Shown here: positions 29,794-39,874 of the stretch, in pieces
Position numbering within the stretch: the first letter of the stretch is position 1
Layout of the letters: each line of letters begins with the position of its first letter
Assembly (NCBI GenBank): GCA_963776275.1
Contig: CAVZMI010000023.1
Location: 460,063-524,062 of the forward strand
DNA: 64,000 nt
Origin: Ignavibacteriota bacterium
GTDB taxonomy: Bacteria; Bacteroidota; Ignavibacteria; UBA10030; CAVZMI01
Direction: 5' to 3'
Made by a program: the position numbers and the translations under genes
The notes under the pieces: model-generated
Databases searched by the model: none
Seen by the model: the letters and a program-made list of their open reading frames with translations, nothing else
Told to the model about the DNA's origin: nothing

Positions 29794-30255
29794 TTAATTA
29801 TTCTTCCGGTTGCCCTCGACTATTCCTTCCAGCAGTAATAATCTATTACGGAGAGATTCATTGGTGATCTCGACGCTCTCGTTCTCCGTATCCACTACAT
29901 AAATAAACACCCACGTCCCGGTTAATTCCGACGGCTGGACAAAATTTCCCTTCAACTCCATTTTCCCACTGAGTGTCGAATCTATTACATTATACAAACC
30001 TGACAGAGTATCGTCAGCAGTGACTGTGATATGATAGACAGTGTCTCTAAAATTATACCGTACGACCTCTAAATTTATCTGATGTGGATTAGATGAGAGG
30101 GTTGCGAAAAATATTTTATCTCCACCGCCTGCTCTCGTAAATGATAATTTTTGAAATGTTACGGAATATTCTGAGTCGATACCGTTGTCACAGCCGGATG
30201 CAATAAAAAAGATAAATATCAATGATGCAACGATTATCGCCTTGTGGCTTTTCAT
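29794..30255 (-). CDS. Hypothetical lipoprotein
   Basis: Lipobox-like IASGC after a hydrophobic stretch. Confidence 0.65.
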   Translation of the reverse strand: MKSHKAIIVASLIFIFFIASGCDNGIDSEYSVTFQKLSFTRAGGGDKIFFATLSSNPHQINLEVVRYNFRDTVYHITVTADDTLSGLYNVIDSTLSGKMELKGNFVQPSELTGTWVFIYVVDTENESVEITNESLRNRLLLLEGIVEGNRKNN

Positions 30256-30269
30256 GTGAACCTCGTTTA

Positions 30270-31451
30270 TTATTTCAACACCAACATTTTCCTTATCCGG
30301 CTCGACTCTCCACAGCGCAGTTCATAGAAATAAATTCCCGAAGAAAGATCTCTCGAATGAAATTCAACTGAATACGCACCTGTCGCCTGAACTCCTTCTA
30401 CCAATTTCCGCACTTCACGTCCTAGGAGATCATAAATCGTTAAAGATACAAAAACCGATTGGGGTATTGAATACTGAATGGTTGTTGTCGGATTGAACGG
30501 ATTCGGGTAATTCTGAAGCAGTGTAAATCCTTCCTGCTTAGATTCATAATTATCACCCCTTACGGCAACCACCTGTGATTTGTTCTTGGAAAATACCCAT
30601 GGAAGGAGAAATTGATTTGTATAGGCACTATCCCAGACGCTGTGGCCGACATTTTCATATTCGGAATAGAGAAGATTTGCCCCGGCATTTATTGAATCGG
30701 CGAGCTCGATGTCGTTCATACCGCTACAATCACCGTTTTTGCAGTGCGTATACACAACATGCCGTCCCGACTTTTCAAGCGCTGCAATCATTACACGAGA
30801 ATATATGACCGGCACGGTGTTATCGATGGCGCCGTGGAAATTCCATATGGGGATATGTTTAATGATTTCGACCTTTGTCGTATCTCCGAGACCGCACAAA
30901 GGAACCGCCGCAGCAAACCGGTTCGGATACCGGACAATCATATCCCAGGTTCCGAGTCCCCCCATCGAAAGGCCAGTGATATAAATCCGGTTGGTATCGA
31001 CTGAAAACTCCCGTATGAGCGAATCTAGAATATCGTTCACCGTAAGCAATTCATTGCTGATCGGAGTATTATCGACAAGATAAGATGCCTCTGTCCAGCT
31101 TATGTTCGTCCAGTTATGATAGATCGGGCATTGCGGTACGACGATCAAGCAGGGCCATTGCATCTGATTCGAATCCAGAGCCCAGACTGTTGCCATATGG
31201 TTTTTTTTCACAGCCTCGTCGTTATCTCCCCGTTCACCCGCACCATGCAGGCAAAGGACAAGGGGGTAATGCACCAGGGAATCATAATTATCAGGTTTGA
31301 ATACATGATACGGGAGTGTCGTACTTCCGAATGTATGATGCCGTTTCTGGAATTTTAAAAGGATCTCATCCACTGTTTGAGCTTGATTGGTGCCGAAGAA
31401 TAAAATTATCATGAATAACAACAGGTGCATTACTTTTAAGGGAGTCATCAT
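30270..31451 (-). CDS. Secreted alpha/beta-hydrolase (COG4099-like) with T9SS C-terminal sorting domain
   Basis: LHGAGERG, GLSMGG nucleophile elbow, FHG..D..VP, GHSVW, LLQNYPNPFNP...KMLVLK. Confidence 0.88.
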   Translation of the reverse strand: MMTPLKVMHLLLFMIILFFGTNQAQTVDEILLKFQKRHHTFGSTTLPYHVFKPDNYDSLVHYPLVLCLHGAGERGDNDEAVKKNHMATVWALDSNQMQWPCLIVVPQCPIYHNWTNISWTEASYLVDNTPISNELLTVNDILDSLIREFSVDTNRIYITGLSMGGLGTWDMIVRYPNRFAAAVPLCGLGDTTKVEIIKHIPIWNFHGAIDNTVPVIYSRVMIAALEKSGRHVVYTHCKNGDCSGMNDIELADSINAGANLLYSEYENVGHSVWDSAYTNQFLLPWVFSKNKSQVVAVRGDNYESKQEGFTLLQNYPNPFNPTTTIQYSIPQSVFVSLTIYDLLGREVRKLVEGVQATGAYSVEFHSRDLSSGIYFYELRCGESSRIRKMLVLK

Positions 31452-31515
31452 AATTTTTCTTTTTCCTGATAATCGTCATATGAGAGCACACGACGGAACT
31501 CCGATATTTTATTGA

Positions 31516-31968
31516 TTACAACTCCCTGTAGACATCGACGAGATGGATCAGATCACTCTCTCCCTGCGGTACACCGGCTGTGCACCGGACTACATAGTGA
31601 TTATTCGGCAAATTTCCGAATTCGGCGTGTATCATGTACGTACAAATACATCTGCAAAGGTGTTGCGCAGTATCGACAACAGCCACAACAATTGTATCTG
31701 TTCCGGCAGTGGAAGTAACGGTGAACCGGTTTGAGTCGGGACAACAATTGCCTCTCACCGAGAAATCAATAATAAGCTTATCAATAAACGTATAGATGAA
31801 AACAGAATCTGAAACAGTCGGCTTTTGCAGGCTATGCTCCCCACACTTGCCGTACTGATAGGAAAATGAAACGGGGCCCTGTGTTTCAGGGTTAGCCGAT
31901 TTTTCCTTGCATGAAAAGCAAAGAAGGGCAGTCAATCCCACGGCTATCACTAACACTGGTTTGTTCAT
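31516..31968 (-). CDS. Cys-rich lipoprotein, paralog 2
   Basis: CFSCKEKSANPETQ lipobox, NCCPDSNRF, LCRCIC. Confidence 0.75.
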   Translation of the reverse strand: MNKPVLVIAVGLTALLCFSCKEKSANPETQGPVSFSYQYGKCGEHSLQKPTVSDSVFIYTFIDKLIIDFSVRGNCCPDSNRFTVTSTAGTDTIVVAVVDTAQHLCRCICTYMIHAEFGNLPNNHYVVRCTAGVPQGESDLIHLVDVYREL

Positions 31969-32023
31969 TGAAATCCCTCCCCGTGATTTGACAGAACGAT
32001 TAATAAAATCTTCAACGCTTAGC

Positions 32024-32476
32024 TTATTTATTTCGATATACATACGCAAGATGAATCAAGTTGATCCCTCCTTGCGGTTTTCCGATTGTACACCGAACTA
32101 GATAGTGATCATTCGGTAGATTTTCAAATTCGGCATGGATCATATACGGACAATCACAATTGCAGAGATCTTGTGCGGAATCAATTACTGCTACAACGAT
32201 CGTATCAATACCTGAGGCAGAAGAAACACTGAACCGGTTTGAATCCGGACAGCAGTTAGCGGTCACCGAGAAATCAATGATCAGCTTATCATTAAAAGTA
32301 TACGTGAATATTGAATCTGAAATACCTGTCTTTGAAAGAACCCCTTTCATACATTTGCTGGACTGAAATGAAAATGAGCCGGGATTCTGAGTTTCAGGAT
32401 TAGCCGATTTTTCCTTGCATGAGAAGCAAAGAAAGGTAATCAATCCGATGGTTGTCACTAACACCGGTTTAATCAT
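32024..32476 (-). CDS. Cys-rich lipoprotein, paralog 1
   Basis: Same motifs (NCCPDSNRF, LCNCDC) and same length as its neighbour. Confidence 0.75.
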   Translation of the reverse strand: MIKPVLVTTIGLITFLCFSCKEKSANPETQNPGSFSFQSSKCMKGVLSKTGISDSIFTYTFNDKLIIDFSVTANCCPDSNRFSVSSASGIDTIVVAVIDSAQDLCNCDCPYMIHAEFENLPNDHYLVRCTIGKPQGGINLIHLAYVYRNK

Positions 32477-32607
32477 GGGAGTCTTCCCCCTTTTAATTCC
32501 GAAGATATTGCAATCTATGTAAAAACTTATCGGTTGAGAAGAAATTCGCGCTGCTGCTCTGGTTGTGCTGTCTATTCAGTCAGCAGACTCTACTCGGATT
32601 GTAAATG

Positions 32608-32766
32608 TTACTGTTTTCTAAATCCACGTGAAAGTCCGCCTAGTAAAACCAATGCAACGGCAAAAATGCATCCGCTGGCTATTGGAGTGATAGTTCCAGT
32701 AACCAACAATATCGCGAGTATAATGCAAATCACCAGAAAGAGAAAACCTGCTGTTTTCCGAGACAT
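32608..32766 (-). CDS. 52-aa two-TM small membrane protein (not in ORF track)
   Basis: MSRKTAGFLFLVICIILAILLVTGTITPIASGCIFAVALVLLGGLSRGFRKQ*, with basic residues flanking the hydrophobic helices. Confidence 0.6.
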   Translation of the reverse strand: MSRKTAGFLFLVICIILAILLVTGTITPIASGCIFAVALVLLGGLSRGFRKQ

Positions 32767-32965
32767 GGAATAATTCTTCTTATGTTACAATCTCCAAGCA
32801 CAATATGAGTTTGTTCTCATGATTTACGGATTTTGCACTCTTCCGGTTTCAAATACTTATAGACTAAAACACAATCCCCGCGATAATTAGAAAAGATAAC
32901 AATAGGCTCCAGCGACTCATTGATTATTTCATATCATTACTTCAATCGAGATTCCTTAGGTTTTA

Positions 32966-34616
32966 TCATCTCAGCACACTTAACGGTAGATTTCTATCAA
33001 ATGTCGTTTTACTGATCTGAGGATTTTGTTTTCCTCCTGTAAGAGTTGAAACCGACGTACGAAGGTAATCAACGATCTCACCAAGTGTGACGATGCCGTC
33101 GTTGTTCGCGTCGGCCGGGATAGCTTTCATTACACGTCCCTCGGTATCTGTGATCTTCCCGCCGAGTCCGGCAACCAGGAAATATGTGAATAATCCGTGC
33201 TCCCAGTAGACCCATCCTTCGCGCGAGATTTCTCCTTCGGAGCTTGAGGTGATTGAGAGGAGTCCGGGTTTCGACCGGCCAAGCTCCTGCAGATACCGGT
33301 TGATGAGATTTTTATCGGTATCTAGCGATCGCCGCCCGATAAAAAAAACATTCACGTTGCCGCTGAAACATGCATCTGAAAAAACAATCACACGCTCGGC
33401 AGGAATTATTTTCGTCACGGCATTTTGAATTTCTTTCATCGCCACAGCGGTTTTTTCGAGATCGCGAAGCCTGGTGTCGCTCATCAGGAAATACGATTGA
33501 TCACGGCTGAGCGACGATCCGTGTCCCGAGAAGAAGATCATTACCAAATCCTCTCGTTTCGTTTTTGCCAGGAACGAGAAGAGCGCTTCCGTAAAATTTT
33601 TTCGCGTCGCCTGCTCGTTGAGAAGGACTAGAATATGGTCGTCGTTAAAGGCGCCGCCGTTCGGGCTTTTAAGAAAATCGGCAAAAGCCTGCGCATCACG
33701 GTGGGCGTAGCGCAATTGCGGGATAGTCGTATCACTATACGCACTGACACCGACGATAACTGCCCAGCGAGAACCGACGGAATATTTCATCCGTTGGATC
33801 GTCAGCTTCCGGGTCGATGAATTCCTCATCCGGTCGGCTGCAGTTACTATTATAGTATCCAGACCTTCATGTAATGGAACACGCTGCACAGTCGTCAAAA
33901 ACGTTCGGACCGAATCTATACGAATCGGTGTATCATTGAGAGATAATAATGCCACTCCGCTCGAATCACGAGACCGCTATTTCTACAGAACAGACAGAAT
34001 CGGTTGTCACAATATAATCGGTACCGCGGTTTGTTTTAAGTGCTATCTCGGGTCCCGAAGTATCGACTCCTGCAACAATATTTTTGGGGAGCGTACGCAT
34101 ACGGAGATGTTCCTCGGCAAATTCTCCAAATATACTCATGGCGCGCAACCGTTTGAGGAACACCGATGCCGAATCATCGACGACCATGGCCCCGTCGTTC
34201 CTTTTTCGGACGCGGATCTCGGTAAATTTTTCGGTGCTGGCAAAAAGAATCAGCTCTTCTTCACCAAAGGGAGACCGCACTTCGAACAGCGTGGGCAGCT
34301 GATATGTCCGGTCTTCCTGAATATAGTCGCTTGTATCCCGCATATTTGGAACCAGCTGTAAAGTATATCCAGCCGCATCCTGATACAATACCCGGACATA
34401 GCACGGCTTTGTCGCCCGGACATACACCCGGAAACGATCTCCTTCGGTATACCGAACCATCTGAGAATCGGTCGTCATTGTTGAGAGAAGCGGATTCCTG
34501 TCGGTCGATAGGTGGACACTAAGCGCCTGTCCGAATGCAGCCGAACTTAAGAGCAGAAACATCAGCACTCTGGAGAGGATCACTGAGAAAAATAGATTAT
34601 TCGATTGCGATTTCAT
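32966..34616 (-). CDS. Exported DUF4384 + Ig-like + caspase (peptidase C14) protein, apparent +1 frameshift at ~33971
   Basis: Signal peptide, DUF4384 (Y.EGD...PFGEE...FAS), caspase WAVIVGVS.Y, FSGHG, SDACFSG, HGLFTY. One-base removal joins the ORFs 33966-34757 and 32966-33955. Confidence 0.82.
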
Positions 34617-36525
34617 ATACCGGGATCTCCTCATCAAGTCCTTTGACCTTGATTTTTTTACACTGAACCATCCGTACATGAGGGGAAGTTTCTCGGTAGG
34701 TTTCTTCCGATAGTAAAATTCCTTCTGGGGGTGCATACATCTCGAGCCGTTGGGCAAGGTTCACATTTGCACCGAGTACCGTGTAATCCATTCTGCGTTC
34801 TGTTCCCATATTACCGACAATGACCTCGCCGGTATGGATACCGATTCGAATTTTCAAGGATAGTCGGCCCTCGGGTTCCCATTGTTCTTTCAACGCCCGG
34901 CATTGCCGCTGCATTTCACGTGCCGCATGAACAGCATTAAGCGCATGATTCTCTACTCTTACCGGATCACCGAAAAAAACCATCAGACCATCGCCGATGT
35001 ATTTATCGATTGTCCCTTCATGCTGAAAAACAATTCCAGCCATTGCATCAAAATATTCATTGAGCGTACGTTTTATTTCTTCCGGTGAACGACTCGAACA
35101 ATAGGGAGTAAATCCGACGATATCGCTGAAAAGAATCGTGAGCCTGCGTTTTTCTCCGAGCGACAGTAGATCGGGCTGATCGACGATTTTCCGGACGACA
35201 GCCGGACTAAAATAACGCTCCAGTGTTTGCCGTAGGAATTGTCTCTCTCTTTGCTCGCTGAGAGTCCTGAGAATCACAAGACCTCCACACACCATCACCA
35301 GGCTGAGAAGACCCGGAAGAGTAAGAAAAAGCACACGATAAAAAAGAAACGCATAGACGCACGTAGCGACATGCAAAAGGACACAAATTCCGAAAAGGCC
35401 GAGTAGCACCAACGGACGAACACGGGAAGAAAACAGGGTGAGAAGCGCCACAAGAAGAACCGCCAGACCGATACTCATCCAGAAAGGTGCTGGGCGAAGA
35501 AAATTTTCGGTGAGTATTGAATTGACCACCATACTGTGAATTCCGACCAGAGGAAATTTATTTTCAAGCGGCGTCGGTCCGATATCGGAACTTCCGGTAG
35601 CAGTCTCGCCCACGAAGACAAGGGCGCCGGCAAATTCGCCTTCAATATCAGCGCGCGTTTCGGGATTTGTGGCATTATCGATGATGTTCGTAAACGAGTA
35701 ATGAGCTAGATCCTTCCAGTGTCCCGGAAAATTCAGTAATATTCTTCCCCGGTCATCGATCGGGACAACAATGTTTTTGCTATTTCCACCGGTAAAAGAT
35801 GCTCCGTGAAGGATGATCGAAGAACCGAAATTAACGGTGATGCTATCGGGCGGGACCTGCAGATAGTCGCACACAATCCTGAACGCCAGACTCGGATAAT
35901 ACGCTCCGTTGAAACTCATCAGCAGCGGCATGCGGCGGTACACTCCGTCAGGGTCGGCCTCTGCATTAATGAAACCGATGCCTTTACTTGCGCTGAGCAG
36001 CGCCGGCATACTGGCAACCACCGGTGTCGAGCCGATCAGCGGATTTCCTTTCCGTGCGACACGGATCGACCATTTTGTGCTGTCAACGATTTGAACACGC
36101 CGGTTTTCCCCCCTTTGAACGACCGACGGATTATCCGAAGGTGTAAATGCAATTGCATTGAACATCATGCCGGCCGAACGGGCTGAGGCAATAAACGTCG
36201 AATCATCATGCGCAAAACCGGGTCGTGCAAAAATGATGTCGAATGCCACGCTTTGCGCACCGGCGCGTTTGAGAAACGAGAGAAGATCGGCGTAGAAAGC
36301 ACGGCTCCAGACGTACCGATCCACACGCGCCATCGACGCATCGTCGATATTGACATGGGCGATATTTTCATCGATCGGTTCGGGGCCGGACCAGGCATAC
36401 CGGAGCTGAAACAGCAGATCGCTTGTGCGATCTTCCCAGCCTCCGACCGTCGCGGGGAAAAGGAACAATGCACCATGAACGAGAATCAGTACCATTAGAG
36501 CCAGAATAAGCGACGAGATTCTCAA
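34597..36525 (-). CDS. CHASE2-domain class III adenylate cyclase
   Basis: N-terminal TM, CHASE2 (FDIIF, DPDGVYRR.PL), 3 TM, cyclase FSDIVGFT, DKYIGDG, DYTVLG..VNLAQRLE. TTG start chosen at 36525. Confidence 0.9.
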   Translation of the reverse strand: MRISSLILALMVLILVHGALFLFPATVGGWEDRTSDLLFQLRYAWSGPEPIDENIAHVNIDDASMARVDRYVWSRAFYADLLSFLKRAGAQSVAFDIIFARPGFAHDDSTFIASARSAGMMFNAIAFTPSDNPSVVQRGENRRVQIVDSTKWSIRVARKGNPLIGSTPVVASMPALLSASKGIGFINAEADPDGVYRRMPLLMSFNGAYYPSLAFRIVCDYLQVPPDSITVNFGSSIILHGASFTGGNSKNIVVPIDDRGRILLNFPGHWKDLAHYSFTNIIDNATNPETRADIEGEFAGALVFVGETATGSSDIGPTPLENKFPLVGIHSMVVNSILTENFLRPAPFWMSIGLAVLLVALLTLFSSRVRPLVLLGLFGICVLLHVATCVYAFLFYRVLFLTLPGLLSLVMVCGGLVILRTLSEQRERQFLRQTLERYFSPAVVRKIVDQPDLLSLGEKRRLTILFSDIVGFTPYCSSRSPEEIKRTLNEYFDAMAGIVFQHEGTIDKYIGDGLMVFFGDPVRVENHALNAVHAAREMQRQCRALKEQWEPEGRLSLKIRIGIHTGEVIVGNMGTERRMDYTVLGANVNLAQRLEMYAPPEGILLSEETYRETSPHVRMVQCKKIKVKGLDEEIPVYEIAIE

Positions 36526-36532
36526 CCTGGCC

Positions 36533-37210
36533 TTACCGATGCTCGATCGTGATCGTCCTGATGTAGAGTCCTGTGGCTTCAACTTCTGTCGCGAATTGGG
36601 ATAGATCAACGCGGTCAACTTCTTTTTCATCGCCGATACCACGGACATTTCCGGCAATGGCAATCGGCTTTTCAGCCATTGAAGTGAATTTCCGATACTG
36701 TTTCCGATATGAATTGATTTGTTGAATTACCTCTTGTGTCACCTTCTTTGCTGTTTGTTCATCCTGTTTCTTCAAGCTGACAAGCAGTTTCTCGAGTGCT
36801 GACAACCGTTCACCCGAGGCAATTATATAAAATGTTTCTCGCCCGGTATTCGAATCGAGTGAATACCAGAGTCGTCCGCGCGGCATGGTATAGGAAACAT
36901 CGGTGGAGACCGATGTCCCGATTTCTTGCGACGAGTATGGGAAGAGAAGCGTCATTCCCCCGCGCGAATCCTGAAACATCACATAGATATAGCAGCGTGA
37001 GAGCGGTTGGATCAGCATTTTAAACGAATCTCCGGTGTATAGTACCGTATCACGTTGGATATTGATAATCGCTTTCTTGCCGTCCACCGACATTTTCCCC
37101 ACTAGCGCCCACCGGAAGGAAATCTGGCGAGGCGTTTCCTGTGCAATAAGCAGAGAGATGCAGAATATTGCGAAGAGCGCTAATAACATGAATCTTTTTG
37201 ATATGATCAT
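36533..37210 (-). CDS. Exported DUF4384-domain protein
   Basis: Signal peptide, GDSFK...YIYV..QDS.G...LLFP, W..LD..TG.E.FYIIAS. Confidence 0.8.
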   Translation of the reverse strand: MIISKRFMLLALFAIFCISLLIAQETPRQISFRWALVGKMSVDGKKAIINIQRDTVLYTGDSFKMLIQPLSRCYIYVMFQDSRGGMTLLFPYSSQEIGTSVSTDVSYTMPRGRLWYSLDSNTGRETFYIIASGERLSALEKLLVSLKKQDEQTAKKVTQEVIQQINSYRKQYRKFTSMAEKPIAIAGNVRGIGDEKEVDRVDLSQFATEVEATGLYIRTITIEHR

Positions 37211-37314
37211 TGTCACCTCTTCATTTATTTCAATATTTTTAAAATCAAACCACCGACCACACGAAGAATTCGAAAACGGTTTTGGAGTACCTGAACATAC
37301 GTAATAATAGTCGT

Positions 37315-39864
37315 TTATGGCACTAAAGTCATTGGCAGATTTCGGTCATACGCACCGCTGGCGAATGGATGCTGCTGCGCCTTCGTCGCACGTCGTACAT
37401 TCTCGTTCACATAATCGAGCAGTTCGCCAAGACGTACGATATGATCTTTGTCGTAGTCTGCTTCACCTTTCAAACCCTGCAGAAGGTAATATGTAAAGAC
37501 GCCGTGTCCTCCGCCCCATTGGTTTCCTTCCTGAGATTTTTCTTTTGCTTCAGCAGCACTGAAGGTGCAGATGCTCGGATCTGTACGTGAAAGATCTGCA
37601 AGGAATTCATTAATGAGTTCGGAGGTTGCCAATCCCCGCGATGCTATATCGCCGCCGATCCCGGCGCTGTGACATGCATCGGCAAAAACAATCACTTTAT
37701 TTGATTTGACGTAATATTTTATCGCATCCTGGATTTCCTGCATCCTGACAGCGGTCGCTCCCGGCCTCGATATATCCGAATCATACGCGAGCAAATACGG
37801 GACATTGGGCCGTGTGGGATCCGGCACGCCGTGTCCGGCAAAATAAATAATCACAACGTCATCTTCGATGGGGTTTTTTAAAAAATCGGTGATCGCCCCG
37901 CGTATATTGACCGTCGTGGCTTCCTTATTTGTCAGTTTCAGCACATTATTTTTTGAAATCCCACCTCCGCCTTTCTCACGGGATGAGACAAGAAGCTCAT
38001 AGAAATCTTCGGCATCACGATGTGCATAACGTAACGTTGGGATATTTGTGTCACGATAATCGGATACACCGATAACAACGGCCCAGTACTGACCCCGGAA
38101 CACTTTTTCGTTCGGTCTCTTTTCCTCGACAATATAATTTACTTCTCGTTTTACATCGAGCGTTGTCCGCGCGATATTCCGGTACTTATCGATCGCTTCG
38201 ATTTCAATGTGATTCGTTCCGAGTGTAAGCAGTGCCTCACTGCTGAACTGCACTCCCCCTTCAATCGGTGAAAGATTTGCTTCGATGTTATTGACTCTCA
38301 CGACTGCAACACCGTTTGCATCTTTGGCAACACCCTTAATCGCTATCGATGATTCCTTTATCGAAATAACTGTGTCGTTCTTCGCTATGCCAATTCCGCG
38401 CTGGGCAATCACCTGAGGTTCAAGCAGAACGATCGTCGGCGGAATAATATCTTTCGCGGGATGAAGATCGCCAGCTGCTGCACCCGGGACGACTCCTATT
38501 CCAGGCTGAATTCCAGCCCCCTCGGTTTTCTGTTCGGTCTTTTGGGCGAGACCCCCTTTTCTCACAGTTATGAATTGATCTGTCACGCCTCCGATTTGAT
38601 CGCAGACTTCGATAAAATGAGTTTTCAGTGTGTTGTCAATCCGTATGGTCGATCTGAACTTGACCCCTCCACTTTTCATGCCGTACTGTCGGGATTCAGC
38701 ATCTGTGAGTGGAACGAGGGGAAGTTCATTATTATCGAATATCACATCGGCAATTCCAAGATCGCCTGACGTAATGCCGGTAAGGGTCAGCGAATCAGAG
38801 AGTGTTTCAAAGTCGACCGATGCAGAAGCAGCGACTTTTTCCGGAAGTGCAGGTTCGATGATTCGAATAGCCGCCAAAATAGGCTGCCGATTTTGTCCGA
38901 GTCCTTCAACATTCCATACCTTCACGGTTTTATCGGCTGAACCTGTAACAAATTTTTTCCCGTCTTTACTCACGGCAAGCGATGTCACAGGCGCGGTATG
39001 CGCCATCGGGAGTGTTATTGTCGATTTTTTAAATAGATCGATAACAGCGATTTTCCCATCCTTCGTAGGCAAGAGAACATATTTTCCATCGGGTGTGATT
39101 TCCAAAAAATGATTTCCGGAAGAACGGCCTTTATATTGAGAAAGAATCTGTTGTGTAACAAGATCCCAATGAAGAATGGTGTTATTTCCATCGGCAGATA
39201 CGAGCTGGAGACCGTCGGATGAAAAAGCGCACGCCGCAATATAGGAATTATGTCCGCGGAGTGTACCAACCTGCATATTCCGATTCAGATGAATCAATGC
39301 AATCGAATGATCATCCAGTCCGCACGCGATAAAATGTCCATTGGGTGAAAACTCGATTGTCGTTACATTCCCCGCCAATGACACAACACCGATTTCTTTT
39401 TGGGTAGTTGCGCGATAAAAACGGATAGTCTTATCGTTCAAAGCCACCCCAAAGACGCGCGCATCGGGCGAGAGTGCAAGTGCGGTTACCCGTGACGGCA
39501 TCGAATACATCCTGTCGTACCGGGTCGATGATGTCGCCGATAATGTTGTATAGACAACCGAACTGCTTTTTCCTGTATTCGTACTCATAAGAACTACTCG
39601 TTCATTGGCATTCGAAACGGCTAGAGAATATTTCACATCGGTCAGAGTCTGGACGACACTGTCACGGAGCAGATCCCATACTTTCAATGTTGCATCCCAA
39701 TCGCGCGTGATTAACGTCGTACCGTTAGAACTCAATGAAAGAAACTCGATACCGGCATTTTGCTGCCCGAGTGTCTCTAGAAGGGTGATTACCGGCTGTG
39801 CTTCAATGGTAGCTGCCATCACCACTAATAACACAGCAACCAACAGCCATCGTGAATGTTTCAT
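37315..39864 (-). CDS. Exported WD40-repeat + Ig-like + caspase (peptidase C14) protein
   Basis: Signal peptide, about 7 WD40 repeats (GH...FS.DG..L.S.D..I..WD), caspase YFAGHG, FADACHS, GHGVFTY. Confidence 0.9.
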   Translation of the reverse strand: MKHSRWLLVAVLLVVMAATIEAQPVITLLETLGQQNAGIEFLSLSSNGTTLITRDWDATLKVWDLLRDSVVQTLTDVKYSLAVSNANERVVLMSTNTGKSSSVVYTTLSATSSTRYDRMYSMPSRVTALALSPDARVFGVALNDKTIRFYRATTQKEIGVVSLAGNVTTIEFSPNGHFIACGLDDHSIALIHLNRNMQVGTLRGHNSYIAACAFSSDGLQLVSADGNNTILHWDLVTQQILSQYKGRSSGNHFLEITPDGKYVLLPTKDGKIAVIDLFKKSTITLPMAHTAPVTSLAVSKDGKKFVTGSADKTVKVWNVEGLGQNRQPILAAIRIIEPALPEKVAASASVDFETLSDSLTLTGITSGDLGIADVIFDNNELPLVPLTDAESRQYGMKSGGVKFRSTIRIDNTLKTHFIEVCDQIGGVTDQFITVRKGGLAQKTEQKTEGAGIQPGIGVVPGAAAGDLHPAKDIIPPTIVLLEPQVIAQRGIGIAKNDTVISIKESSIAIKGVAKDANGVAVVRVNNIEANLSPIEGGVQFSSEALLTLGTNHIEIEAIDKYRNIARTTLDVKREVNYIVEEKRPNEKVFRGQYWAVVIGVSDYRDTNIPTLRYAHRDAEDFYELLVSSREKGGGGISKNNVLKLTNKEATTVNIRGAITDFLKNPIEDDVVIIYFAGHGVPDPTRPNVPYLLAYDSDISRPGATAVRMQEIQDAIKYYVKSNKVIVFADACHSAGIGGDIASRGLATSELINEFLADLSRTDPSICTFSAAEAKEKSQEGNQWGGGHGVFTYYLLQGLKGEADYDKDHIVRLGELLDYVNENVRRATKAQQHPFASGAYDRNLPMTLVP

Positions 39865-39874
39865 TTTCGTATTC

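Noticed and set aside
29290-32800. Integron cassette array among short co-oriented accessory genes
   Set aside because: No convincing attC (RYYYAAC..GTTRRRY with paired arms) and no integrase.
36526-36663. N-terminal extension of the CHASE2 cyclase ORF (likewise the extensions of parA, the anti-sigma, the CsgG-like gene and the DUF4384-caspase)
   Set aside because: They overlap upstream genes or lack an RBS. Downstream starts fit the domain boundaries better.
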